This document shows, piece after piece, positions 37,742 to 47,700 of a stretch of 64,000 bases of DNA. How positions within the stretch are numbered: the first letter of the stretch is position 1; every line of letters begins with the position of its first letter. This stretch comes from Vicinamibacteria bacterium (lineage in GTDB: Bacteria > Acidobacteriota > Vicinamibacteria > Marinacidobacterales > Marinacidobacteraceae): the NCBI GenBank assembly GCA_963422395.1, contig OY729431.1:1440001-1504000 (forward strand), in the 5' to 3' direction. The notes beneath the pieces are model-generated. The model saw nothing but the letters and a program-made list of their open reading frames with translations, was not told the origin of the DNA and did not search any database. The translations under genes were made by a program, and so were the position numbers.

Positions 37742-40099
37742 ATGGCTTCGCGGCTTGGGTGCGTGCCGCCGCCGATAGAATCCCGGCCCGCCGTGCCTAC
37801 TGGACCCCCTTTCGGATTCTTTGCCGGCCCTTCCACCAGCCGGGCTGACTCTCGGATCCGGCCGGCGATCCCTCCCGCCCTGCCGGTGGTTTTCACCGCT
37901 TGTCTCTTCGCCGCCGGCGCTTTTTCAGCCGACTGGCCCGAGGGTCGAGGACCGACGCGCGACGGCCGCTCACCGGAGACCGGTCTTCCCGAATCCTGGT
38001 CGCCCGACGGAGAGAACCTCCTGTTCCGGGCGCCTTACGGCGGCCGCTCCACCCCGGTGATCCTCGGCGGCCGCCTGTTCCTCCAGACCGCGGTCGGCGA
38101 GGGCGAGACCCGCCAGGCCCGGCTGCTCGCCCTCGACGCCGGCACCGGCGAACTGCTCTGGGAAGAGCGCCGCAACATCTACCACTCCGATGCGCCCCCC
38201 CGGCGGGTGGGATGGGCTTCTCCGGCCGCCGACGCCGAGACCGGGACGGTGTTCTGGTTCACCGTCGGCGGCGGGCTTTCCGCCTTGGCTGCCGAAAGCG
38301 GAAACCTCCGCTGGGAGCGCTCGCTGCCCGAAGAACTCGGCCTGGTGACCACCCACGGGGGGCGGACCGCTTCGCCGCTGATCCTCGGGGACCTGGTGAT
38401 CCTTTCCGGTCTCACTTCCTCCTGGGGGGCGCAGGCGCGCGGCAGCCAGCGCTTCTTCGCCTTCGACAAGCGGACCGGCGAGATCGTCTGGCTCTCGACG
38501 CCCGGCGGCCGTCCCTTCGACACGACCTACTCCCCCGCCCTGGTCCGCAAGGTCGCCGGTCAGCGGCTTCTGCTGGTGGGCGGCGGCGACGGGGCGTTCC
38601 ACGCGATCCAGCCGACCACCGGAGCCTCGGTCTGGCGGTTCCCGATGAGCAAGCGCGGAGTGAACAGCGGGGCGGTGGTCTTCGGAAACCTCGCGGTGGT
38701 GAGCCACGGCGAGGAGAACCTCGAGTCCTCGCAGATGGGCCTGCTGGCGGCGCTCGACGCCCGCTCCTCCGGCGAGATCGCGCGAAGCGAGGCGCTCTGG
38801 GAAGCGCCGGGCTTCATGGGGGGCTATTCCTCCGGCGTCGGTGATGGAGAAATCCTCTACCAGCTCGACAACAGCGCGAACCTGACCGCTTTCTCCGCGA
38901 ACGACGGCGCCGAGCTCTGGTCGGAAAACCTCGGCACCATCCAGCGCGCCTCTCCGGTGCTCGCCGACGGCAAGCTCTATGTGGGGACCGCGAACGGCCG
39001 GTTCTTCATCCTGCGGCCGGGCCGCGAAGGCGTCCTCGTGCTCGACGACGACCGGCTCGGCACCGAAAGCGCCCTGGAGGAAATCCTGGCTTCGGCGGCG
39101 ATCAGCGACGGTGTCGTGTACCTGGTCTCTACCGGAGCGCTCTACGCGATCGGCGAGCGCCGCCCGACCCTCGAAGCTCCGCCCGAAGCTCCGATTGACG
39201 CCTCCTCCCCTGAGATCTCCCCCGAAGCTCCTTCTCCGCCGGTGCGTATCCCGGTGCGCCTGTTGGTCTCCCCCACCGAGGAGATCCTGGCGCCCGGGGA
39301 CGAGGTCCCGCTCACGGTGCGGGCCTTCGACGAGCTCGGCGATCCGGTGGACCCCCCGGCGGAACTTCGCTGGTCGGTGGCAGGATTCGATGCGGAGGTC
39401 CGGAACGGGACGCTTTCGGTCGGGGCCGATGCTCCGGAAGGAGCCGGAACGGTGATCGCCGCTGCGGGCGCCATCGAGGGAGCGGCGCGCTTCCGCGTCG
39501 TTCCTCCCCTGCCCTGGCACTGGGATTTCGACGGCGAAGACGCCAGGGTCCCGCCGCAATGGGTGAACGCCGCCGGCAAGTACGAGACGCGCACCGCCTT
39601 CGCCGGCGAGCGAGAGGAGCGCGTTCTGGTCAAGAAGGCCGACAACCCGTTCCTGCGCCGCGCGCGGGTGTACATGGGCGCTCCGACGCTTTCCGGATAC
39701 ACGGTTTCCGCCGATGTGCTGGCGAAGGAGCGGCGCCGCCAGCTGGGGAACGCCGGGCTCGTCGCCCAGCGCTATCAGTTCGTCCTGATGGGTTCCCACC
39801 AGCGCCTCGAGATCCACTCCTGGCAGGCGACGCCCGGCCGGACCGTCCAGATGCCGTTCGCTTGGGAACCGGACACTTGGTACTCCATGAAGTTCCAGGT
39901 CGTCGAGGACGAGGCCGGAACCGTCGCCCGCGGCAAGGTCTGGCAGCGGAGCGAGCCGGAGCCGGAGGCCTGGACCCTCGACTGGCGCGAGCCGCTGCCG
40001 CATCGCGAGGGGACCCCCGGCATCTTCGCCGACGCGGTGACCGCCGAAGTCTTCTTCGACAACATCCGCGTGGAACCGGGGAACCCGCCCGGAAACTAG
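37742..40099 (+). CDS. PQQ-like beta-propeller with C-terminal Ig-like and beta-sandwich domains
   Basis: ADWPEGRGP, repeated propeller blades, extra C-terminal ~280 aa; start uncertain. Confidence 0.85.
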   Translation: MASRLGCVPPPIESRPAVPTGPPFGFFAGPSTSRADSRIRPAIPPALPVVFTACLFAAGAFSADWPEGRGPTRDGRSPETGLPESWSPDGENLLFRAPYGGRSTPVILGGRLFLQTAVGEGETRQARLLALDAGTGELLWEERRNIYHSDAPPRRVGWASPAADAETGTVFWFTVGGGLSALAAESGNLRWERSLPEELGLVTTHGGRTASPLILGDLVILSGLTSSWGAQARGSQRFFAFDKRTGEIVWLSTPGGRPFDTTYSPALVRKVAGQRLLLVGGGDGAFHAIQPTTGASVWRFPMSKRGVNSGAVVFGNLAVVSHGEENLESSQMGLLAALDARSSGEIARSEALWEAPGFMGGYSSGVGDGEILYQLDNSANLTAFSANDGAELWSENLGTIQRASPVLADGKLYVGTANGRFFILRPGREGVLVLDDDRLGTESALEEILASAAISDGVVYLVSTGALYAIGERRPTLEAPPEAPIDASSPEISPEAPSPPVRIPVRLLVSPTEEILAPGDEVPLTVRAFDELGDPVDPPAELRWSVAGFDAEVRNGTLSVGADAPEGAGTVIAAAGAIEGAARFRVVPPLPWHWDFDGEDARVPPQWVNAAGKYETRTAFAGEREERVLVKKADNPFLRRARVYMGAPTLSGYTVSADVLAKERRRQLGNAGLVAQRYQFVLMGSHQRLEIHSWQATPGRTVQMPFAWEPDTWYSMKFQVVEDEAGTVARGKVWQRSEPEPEAWTLDWREPLPHREGTPGIFADAVTAEVFFDNIRVEPGNPPGN

Positions 40100-40116
40100 G
40101 AGGGGAATTCCGCCCC

Positions 40117-41652
40117 ATGCCCTCACGAAAAGGTCTGCCTCCGAGAAGCGTCTCCCGACAGGGCCTCTCCCGGCGAAGCCGGTTCCGACCGAACAGCGGC
40201 CCGGCCCCCGGACTCGCCGCTTTGGCGGCGGCAACCGCTTTGGCGGCGGCCTCGGGATCGGCTTCGGCCCAGGATTGGCCGATGTGGGGCGGCAGTCCCG
40301 ATCGCAACATGGTTTCGGAGAGCCCCGCCCGGCTGCCTTCCGAATGGGATGTGGACAGTGGCCGGAACATCCGCTGGTCAGCCCCGCTCGGCTCGCAGAC
40401 CTACGGCAACCCGGTGGTCGCCGGGGGCCGAGTCTTCATCGGCACCAACAACGAAGCGCTCTACGACGAGGAGATCGTCGGCGACAAGGGCATCCTGTTG
40501 GCCTTCGACGCCGCGACCGGCGAGTTCCTCTGGCAGATGGTCTCGGACAAGCTCGCCTCGGGGCGGGTGAACGACTGGCCCTACCAGGGGGTCTGTTCCT
40601 CGCCCCTCGTCGAGGGGGACCGCCTCTACTATGTGACGAACCGGGGCGAGGTGCTGGCCCTCGACGCCGCGGGGATGGCCGACGGCAACGACGGGCTCTT
40701 CACCGGCGAAGTGCTCGGGTCGCCGAACGACGGTGACATCGTCTGGAAGTTCGACATGATGGAGGAACTCGGTGCCTTCCCGCACAACATGTCGAATGCC
40801 AGCCCGGTGGCCCTCGGCGATCTCCTCTTCGTCAGCACCTCGAACGGGCACGACGAAACGCACGCCAACATCCCCTCCCCGCGCTCTCCTGCGATCATCG
40901 CGCTGGACAAGCGCACCGGCGAACTCGTCTGGGAGCAGAACCAGGTGGGGGAGAACATCCTCCACGGCCAGTGGTCTTCGGCGGGAGTCGGCGAGGTCGC
41001 GGGCCTGGCCCAGGTGGTGATGGGCGAGGGCGACGGCTTCGTCCGCGGCTATGCCGCGGCGAGCGGGGAAATGCTCTGGGAGTTCGATACGAACCCGGCG
41101 GGTTCCGTCTGGCCGCGCACTCGGAACAATGTGATCTCGACTCCGGTGATCCGCGGCGACCGGCTCTATATCGCGAACGGACAGGACCCCGAACACGGCG
41201 AGGGCATCGGCCACCTCTACGCGATAGACCCGACGCAGCGCGGCGACATCACCGAGACCGGACGGCTCTGGCACTACGACGCCATCCGGCGCTCGATCTC
41301 GACCGCCGCGGTGAAGGACGGCATCCTCTACCTTCCGGATTTCTCCGGCTTCCTCCACGCACTCGACCTCGAAACCGGGGAACCGATCTGGGTCCACGAC
41401 ACCTTCGCCGCCGTCTGGGGGTCGCCGCTGATCGCCGACGGCAAGCTCTACCTCGGCGACGAGGATGGGGATGTGGTGGTCCTCCGACCCGGTCCGACGG
41501 AGGAAGTGATCGCCGAGATGAACATGGGCAGCTCGGTCTATTCGAGCGCCGTCCCCGCGAACGGGGTGCTCTACATCGCCAGCCGGAACCGCCTCTTCGC
41601 CATCGAGGAGCGGGAAGAGGCCGCCTCAGGCGCCGGCGGCGGCAGCCGATAG
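40117..41652 (+). CDS. PQQ-like beta-propeller protein
   Basis: AQDWPMWGG..RN, GSQTYGNP, HGQWSS, WGSPLIADGK. Confidence 0.88.
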   Translation: MPSRKGLPPRSVSRQGLSRRSRFRPNSGPAPGLAALAAATALAAASGSASAQDWPMWGGSPDRNMVSESPARLPSEWDVDSGRNIRWSAPLGSQTYGNPVVAGGRVFIGTNNEALYDEEIVGDKGILLAFDAATGEFLWQMVSDKLASGRVNDWPYQGVCSSPLVEGDRLYYVTNRGEVLALDAAGMADGNDGLFTGEVLGSPNDGDIVWKFDMMEELGAFPHNMSNASPVALGDLLFVSTSNGHDETHANIPSPRSPAIIALDKRTGELVWEQNQVGENILHGQWSSAGVGEVAGLAQVVMGEGDGFVRGYAAASGEMLWEFDTNPAGSVWPRTRNNVISTPVIRGDRLYIANGQDPEHGEGIGHLYAIDPTQRGDITETGRLWHYDAIRRSISTAAVKDGILYLPDFSGFLHALDLETGEPIWVHDTFAAVWGSPLIADGKLYLGDEDGDVVVLRPGPTEEVIAEMNMGSSVYSSAVPANGVLYIASRNRLFAIEEREEAASGAGGGSR

Positions 41653-41789
41653 CGACTCGCGCACGCCGTCCCCCGATCCGGACACTCCCCTCACCCCGCT
41701 TTCAGCTCGACCGTCCTGGTGTGGACCGCCCTGCTCCTCACTGCCGTCTCAAGCGCTCCAAGCCGCACAACACCTCTGAACGAGGGGGC

Positions 41790-43082
41790 ATGAGCAACGA
41801 GAACTTCGGGGGCGAAACCGATTTCCCCGAAATATCCGAAGGCCGCTGGCGGCTGCCCACCGGGCCTTCCCCGCTGGTGCGCTCCGGGCCGGGCGCCCTC
41901 GCCGTTCTCGGGGAGCTCGCGCGGGAGTTCGGCTTTCAGCGAACCCTGGTGTGCTCCGATCCCGGAATCGCCGCTGCCGGGATCACCGGCCGCGCACTCG
42001 ACAGCCTGCGCGCTGCCGGGATCACCGCTGCCTGCTTTTCCGATTTCGCCGAAAATCCAAAGGAGTCCGAGGTGGCGCGCGGCGCGGAAGCCGCCCGGCG
42101 GCTAGGAGCCGACTCGCTCGCCGGAGTCGGCGGCGGCAGCTCGCTCGATGTGGCGAAGGGGGTCGGCTTCCTGCTCGCCGGCGGCGGGCGGATGGAGGAT
42201 TACCGGGGCTACGACCGCTGCCCGGCGCCGCTCCCCCCGCTCCTCGGAGTTCCCACCACCGCGGGAACCGGCAGCGAGGCGCAGTCCTACGCGCTGATCT
42301 CCCGCGACCGGGACCATCGAAAATGCGCCTGCGGCGCGCCCTCGGCGATGTTCCGCGGGGTGGTGCTCGACCCCGAGCTCTTGCCTTCGGCGCCGCTTCC
42401 GGTGATCGCCGCCGCCGGCTTCGACGCGGTGGCCCACGCGGTCGAGACTGCGGTGAGCTCGAAGCGCACCGAAGAGTCCCTGCCCCTGAGCCAGCGCGCC
42501 TTCCGGCTGCTCCGCCGGGCGTTTCCCGAAATTCTCGGCGGGCAACCCGGCGCGAGTGCCTGGGAGGCGATGCAGCGGGGCGCCTTCCTCGCCGGAGCGG
42601 CCATCGAGCGGTCCATGCTCGGTGCCGCCCACGCGCTGGCGAACCCGCTGACCCGCCTTCATGGTCTCGCCCATGGCCGGGCGCTCGCCATCACCCTGCC
42701 GCCGGTCACCCGCTGGAACGGAGAGGCGGATCGAAGCGGCAAGCGGGGGCGGGGGCGAGTGGGGGAGGGCTACCGAGCGCTCCTCCGCGCCGCCGACCTT
42801 TGCCCCCCGGGCAGCGGCGATCCTGCGAAAGGGTCCGGGAAGACGCCCGCCGAGATGCCCGAGGGAAGGCCGGAGGAGACGCTCGCCGAGCTGCTCGGGG
42901 AGTGGGTCCGCGCCGCCGGACTGCCGGAAAGCCTCGCCGCCGCCGGAATCCCTGCCCCCGAAACGCCTGCCCCCGACTGGTCGGCACTCGCCCGAGAAGC
43001 GGCCGAGGAGTGGACCGGGCGCTGCAACCCGCGCCCTTTCGATGCGGCCGCCGCACTCGCCCTCTATCGTTCCTGCGCTTGA
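41790..43082 (+). CDS. Iron-containing alcohol dehydrogenase family protein
   Basis: GGGSSLDVAK, PTTAGTGSE, DAVAHAVE, HALANPL...HG. Confidence 0.92.
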   Translation: MSNENFGGETDFPEISEGRWRLPTGPSPLVRSGPGALAVLGELAREFGFQRTLVCSDPGIAAAGITGRALDSLRAAGITAACFSDFAENPKESEVARGAEAARRLGADSLAGVGGGSSLDVAKGVGFLLAGGGRMEDYRGYDRCPAPLPPLLGVPTTAGTGSEAQSYALISRDRDHRKCACGAPSAMFRGVVLDPELLPSAPLPVIAAAGFDAVAHAVETAVSSKRTEESLPLSQRAFRLLRRAFPEILGGQPGASAWEAMQRGAFLAGAAIERSMLGAAHALANPLTRLHGLAHGRALAITLPPVTRWNGEADRSGKRGRGRVGEGYRALLRAADLCPPGSGDPAKGSGKTPAEMPEGRPEETLAELLGEWVRAAGLPESLAAAGIPAPETPAPDWSALAREAAEEWTGRCNPRPFDAAAALALYRSCA

Positions 43083-44347
43083 TGCGATCCCTCCGCTTCC
43101 GGCACCCCGGATTCCTGCCGATCGGACTCCTGCTGCTCTTCTCGGCGGCGCCCGCGCCCGCCCTCGGCCAACATCCCCCCGACCAGGCAGTGTTCGAGCC
43201 GGGCAGCGCGGACTGGCCGCAATTTCGCCGCGACGCCGCGCTCACCGGAGTGGCCGCCTCCGGCCCCGGGGACGCCCTGGAACCGATCTGGACCGTGCCG
43301 CTCGGCTTTTCGGTCGAGTCCTCCCCGGCGGTGGTGGACGGCTTCGTGTACGCCACCGCGCTTCCCGGGGTGCTGGTGAAGCTCGACCTCACGACTGGCG
43401 CTGAGCAGTGGCGCTATCAGCCGGGCAACGAGCCGGTAGCTATCGAGCCGGCGCCAGCCGCAGCTCCCGAGGAGGCCGCCGCCGCACCCGTCGCTTCAGC
43501 GCCCGACGGTTTCGAAGAAGACCGCTTCGGCGAGTCCTCACCGGCGGTTTCCGGCGGCGCGGTGTTCCTCGGCGACCTCCTCGGGGTGCTCCACGCGGTG
43601 TCTGCCGCTACCGGAGAGGCGCTTTGGAGCTTCACCACCGGCGCCGAGATCAAGGCTTCTCCGGTAGTGGCGGACGAGCTGGTGCTCATCGGCAGCTACG
43701 ACGAGCACTTCTACGCCTTGGAGCGGGAGAGCGGGGCGCTCGCCTGGTCGATCCGGACCGAAGGGCCGCTCCACGCGACCCCGGCGCGCCACCAGGGACT
43801 CGCCTGGATCACCGGCTGCGACGCGGTGCTGCGCGGAGTGCGGATCCGCGACGGAGTCGAGGTCCGGCGCTTCGACTCCGGGGCCTACACCGCCGCCTCG
43901 CCGGTGATCAGCGGCGGCACGCTCTTCTACGGCACCTTCGACAACGAGGTGCTGGCGGTCGACGCCTCCTCCGGCAGGCTCCGCTGGCGCTACCAGCACC
44001 CGGAACGGCACTTTCCCTTCTACGCTTCGGCGGCGGCGGCGGGAGAGCTGGTGATCGTCGCCGGACGGGACAAGCTGGTCCACGCGCTCGACCGGGAGAC
44101 CGGCGAGGCCCGCTGGACCTTCCGCGCCCGCGCGCGCTTCGATGCCTCCCCGGCGGTCGCCGGCGGCCGGGTGTATGCGGGGAACGCCGACGGGCGGCTC
44201 TATGTGCTCGACCTCGAGAGCGGAGAAAAGCTCTCCGAGTTCCACGCCGGCGCTCCCATCATGGGATCTCCGGCGATCAGCGGCGACCGCATCGTCTTCG
44301 GGACCCAGGACGGCACTCTCTTCGCGCTCGGCCCGAAGCGCCGCTGA
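43082..44347 (+). CDS. PQQ-like (BamB/AfsK-type) beta-propeller protein
   Basis: DWPQFR, repeated SSPAV / G...W.F blades; TGATG overlap with the ADH gene. Confidence 0.88.
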   Translation: MRSLRFRHPGFLPIGLLLLFSAAPAPALGQHPPDQAVFEPGSADWPQFRRDAALTGVAASGPGDALEPIWTVPLGFSVESSPAVVDGFVYATALPGVLVKLDLTTGAEQWRYQPGNEPVAIEPAPAAAPEEAAAAPVASAPDGFEEDRFGESSPAVSGGAVFLGDLLGVLHAVSAATGEALWSFTTGAEIKASPVVADELVLIGSYDEHFYALERESGALAWSIRTEGPLHATPARHQGLAWITGCDAVLRGVRIRDGVEVRRFDSGAYTAASPVISGGTLFYGTFDNEVLAVDASSGRLRWRYQHPERHFPFYASAAAAGELVIVAGRDKLVHALDRETGEARWTFRARARFDASPAVAGGRVYAGNADGRLYVLDLESGEKLSEFHAGAPIMGSPAISGDRIVFGTQDGTLFALGPKRR

Positions 44348-44453
44348 TCCTCCCTCCGGACGGGAGAGGAGACGGGAGAAATCCGTAGCGCGGAGCGGCA
44401 CGGTTCGGTGTCGGGTTCGGCTTCCGGGGCGGCCCGACGCTCGGGGAGGCTGT

Positions 44454-44657
44454 TCAGATCGGGACGCACATCCCCAGGCCGCACATCCCGAAGAAGAACA
44501 ACACCAGGATGAGGCAGCCCAGGCAGGCGATCCCTTTCACGACCGTTTTGACCGTGCGTTCGCCTCCGCTCAGGCCGGGATGCCGGATGCCGCAGTGCGG
44601 GCAGGTCTTCGCCTGGCTGGAGACCTCTTTCCCGCACTCGGAGCAGGACTGCATCAT
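44454..44657 (-). CDS. Small zinc-ribbon membrane protein
   Basis: AGGAGG RBS; CSECG.EVS..A..CPHCG followed by a hydrophobic Cys-rich helix. Confidence 0.75.
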   Translation of the reverse strand: MMQSCSECGKEVSSQAKTCPHCGIRHPGLSGGERTVKTVVKGIACLGCLILVLFFFGMCGLGMCVPI

Positions 44658-44755
44658 GATGCTTCCTCCTTCCCGGCTCCCCCGCCGGTTCGAATCGGGG
44701 CTCCTCGACGGAGCGTAGCGGAGGATCGGCTCTTCGGACGGAGCGGTGATCTCGT

Positions 44756-47700
44756 TCAGCCTTCGGGTTCGGCGTCGGGGCGGCCCGCCGCCAGGGCGTT
44801 TCCCCAGGCGAGGGCGAGGTCGCGCGATCGGTAGCTCCCGAATGTCTGCTGCTCCTGGCGTTCGAGGAGCGGGAAGGTCGAGTAGATATGCCGCACCTCG
44901 TCCCGGTCGCTCACTCCGTAGAGGTGGAAGAAGACTGCGTCGATCTTTGCGCGGAGGCGGAGGCGCCGGTCCTCGTTCCAGACGAAGGGCGGGCGGACCC
45001 GGCCGGAGGCGTCCAGATACCCGAGCTGCTCGGCGAAGGATGCCAGGTCGTTCGCGGTGTAGCTGAGCTCGAGCACCGCTTCGCGGACGATCTCGAAGGC
45101 GGTCTTCGGTCCGAAGCGGACGGCCTCGTAGGCCTCCGGCGGCACCACCGGCAGCTGCTCCAGCAGGAACAGGTTGAGGGTCTGACCCTGGACCTTCTGG
45201 CGGGCCACGAAGTCCAGCGGAATCGAGTTCAGATTGGCTGCCAGCAGCCACTCGCGCCGCTCGGTGAAAAGCGGGCAGAGAACCGGAATCTTGTTCCCGA
45301 AACCCACCGCCGGGAGGAGCGCGGCGATCACCGTACGGATGTTCGTCGTCGCAGTGATTTCCTTGAAACCGAGGACCCATCCCGTCTCCGGCTGCCAGCC
45401 GCAGTCGGCTTCCGGTATCCAGAACTGCGGCTCCGGCGACCAGTCGGGATCGCGGTGCTGTTCGAGGGCGGCGGGGACGGGGACGCCGGGGCGGTGCCGG
45501 TTCTCCGGATTCACCGCGACGCGCGCCGCCCGGTGATCGAACGCCTGCACCATCTTCCCCTCGTAGAGGGGGACGAAGGCGCCGGAAGGGCTGTCGAAGA
45601 GGTTTCCGCGGACGCGCCAGGCGCCCTCCTTCTCCTCCAATTCGGCGCGGGTGCGGAACCGCCGGGAATCGTTCGTCATGTCGAACATGCGGACATATTT
45701 CACCGGCCACGCCCGCACCGCCTCGCCAGCCGACCGGTCCACCAGCACCGGCAGCCGCCGGTAGATCGCGGTGGTGATCTCCTGGTCGCGCCGGCTGCGG
45801 AAGATCGGGGCAGTGCCGGTGTTCGGGTTCACCCGGCGGAAGTCCTCCGGGCTCAGCTCGAGCACCCGCTCCGGATCGCCGAGCTCCGAGATGCTCTGCA
45901 GGAAGAAGGCGCAGCGGGCGGGCGCGTTCGTCGGGGAGCGTCCCGCCGCCAGGACGCAGAATTTGAAGCGCGAGTCCACTGCCGGGAAAAAGGGCGGCGC
46001 GCCGAATCTCGTCCTCCGGTTCTCGAAGTCGTAGAGCGCCCGCAGCTTTCCCGCACTGGTGAGCGAGCGGAAGAAAGGGGCCGCCGTCTTGTCGGCAGCG
46101 ATCCCCGAAGGCACCAGCAGCCCCAGCACTCCCTCGGGGTGCAGCAGCGCCATCCCCCGCTCGACGAAGAGCGAGTAGAGGTTCAGGTCTCCCCTGCCGA
46201 GGAGCGGATAGTCGCCGGATTCCCGCGCCACCCGCGCGGCGGCCCGCGCCCGCCGGTCGGCCCGCGCGAAATCGGCGGCGAGCGGGTCCCCGCTCTTCCC
46301 GAGCGCCGCGATCTTCGCCTTCCGGTCGGAAGCGCGCTGGGCCCCGGCGATCTCCGGGCGGCGGAGTGCGAACCATTCGACCTGCTGCAGCTTCACCCGG
46401 TCCCAGGGCGGGTTGCCGATCACCGCGTCGAACCCGCCCCGCTCCGGGCTCTCGGCATCCGGCTCGGCGAAGACGCCCGGGAAGGCGAGCTCCCAGGAAA
46501 GGAAGCTCTCCTCGGCGGCGAGGCGGCGCGCCTCGTCGAGGAGTCCCCGGAACTTCGCCGCCAGCGCGCCCTCACCGGGGACCTCGATCTCGCCGGCGGC
46601 AGCCTCGGCAGCGAGAGCCACCGGATCGCCGAACCGCCCGCCCAGGTAGGCCTTCACCGCGGCGCGCGCCTCGCGCGACCGGTCCTCCAGCCAGTCGAGG
46701 GCGTGGAGCACCGACAAGAAGGCGGCGAAGGGGCGGGTCCGCTCCTGGATCTCGTCGAACAGGCGCTCCGATTCGCTCACCTCGGAGAGTTCGGCGTCGC
46801 TCAGCCGTTCGATGGCCGCCATCGGCGAAGCCGCCGCTGCTGCCCGGCGGATCGGTCCGGCGACGAAGAGCGGACCGCCCTCGGCGAGCGCGCGCGCCTT
46901 CCCCTCGCGCACCCAGGAACCGAAGAGGCTGTCGCCCGAGCGCAGGTGGTGGTCCAGGAAGGAGAGCGGCGCCCCCACGGTGAAGGAGTGGAGCCAGAGG
47001 GAGAGCTTGGCGAGCTCGACCGCCATCGGGTTCTTGTCCACCCCGTAGATCGAGCGTTTCAGCACCATCCGGCGGACCAGCTGCCGGTCGTCGAGCTGCG
47101 ACGGTTCCACCGTCCAGCCCCCGGCGCGCGCGTTTTCCAGGATCGTTTGGCGGATCTCGCGGATGCGGGCTGCGACCGGCGATTCGTAGCCCGGCGCCTG
47201 CTCGTGGGTGAGTGCGAGGGCCTCGATCACCCCGTCGGTGAGGTAGTCGAGCAGGCTCACCAGGAAGTGCCCCGAGCCCATCGCCGGATCCAGGACCTTC
47301 AGGGCGAGGATCCGCGAGGCGGCGTCCGCCGCAGCGAGCTCCGCCGGGTCGGCTTCGGGACCGGCGCACTCGGCAAACTCGTGCAGGGCCTTCTCCACCC
47401 GCGGGCTGACGGTCTCCTCGATCACCAGGCGGACCAGGGGCTCCGGGGTGTAGTAGCTGCCCGAATCCCTCCGCGCCGCCGAGTTCGGCCGCACCACCAC
47501 TCTTCGAGCGACTCCCCCTTCGTCTTCCTTTCCTGCTTCCCCTGCCTTCTCGTGGACGACCTCCTGTTCCAGGAGCCGTTCGTAGATCGAGCCCAATTGC
47601 GAGACCGAGAGGTCCCGGTAGTTGAGGTAGCGCCGGCCGCCCGGCGCTTCGCGGAAGCCCAGCCGGTCCACCACCCGCGCCACCGCCGCGTCCGACAGCG

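Noticed and set aside
40217-40251. 18-bp tandem duplication in a signal-peptide coding region
   Set aside because: Two in-frame copies in an Ala-rich leader; ordinary slippage.
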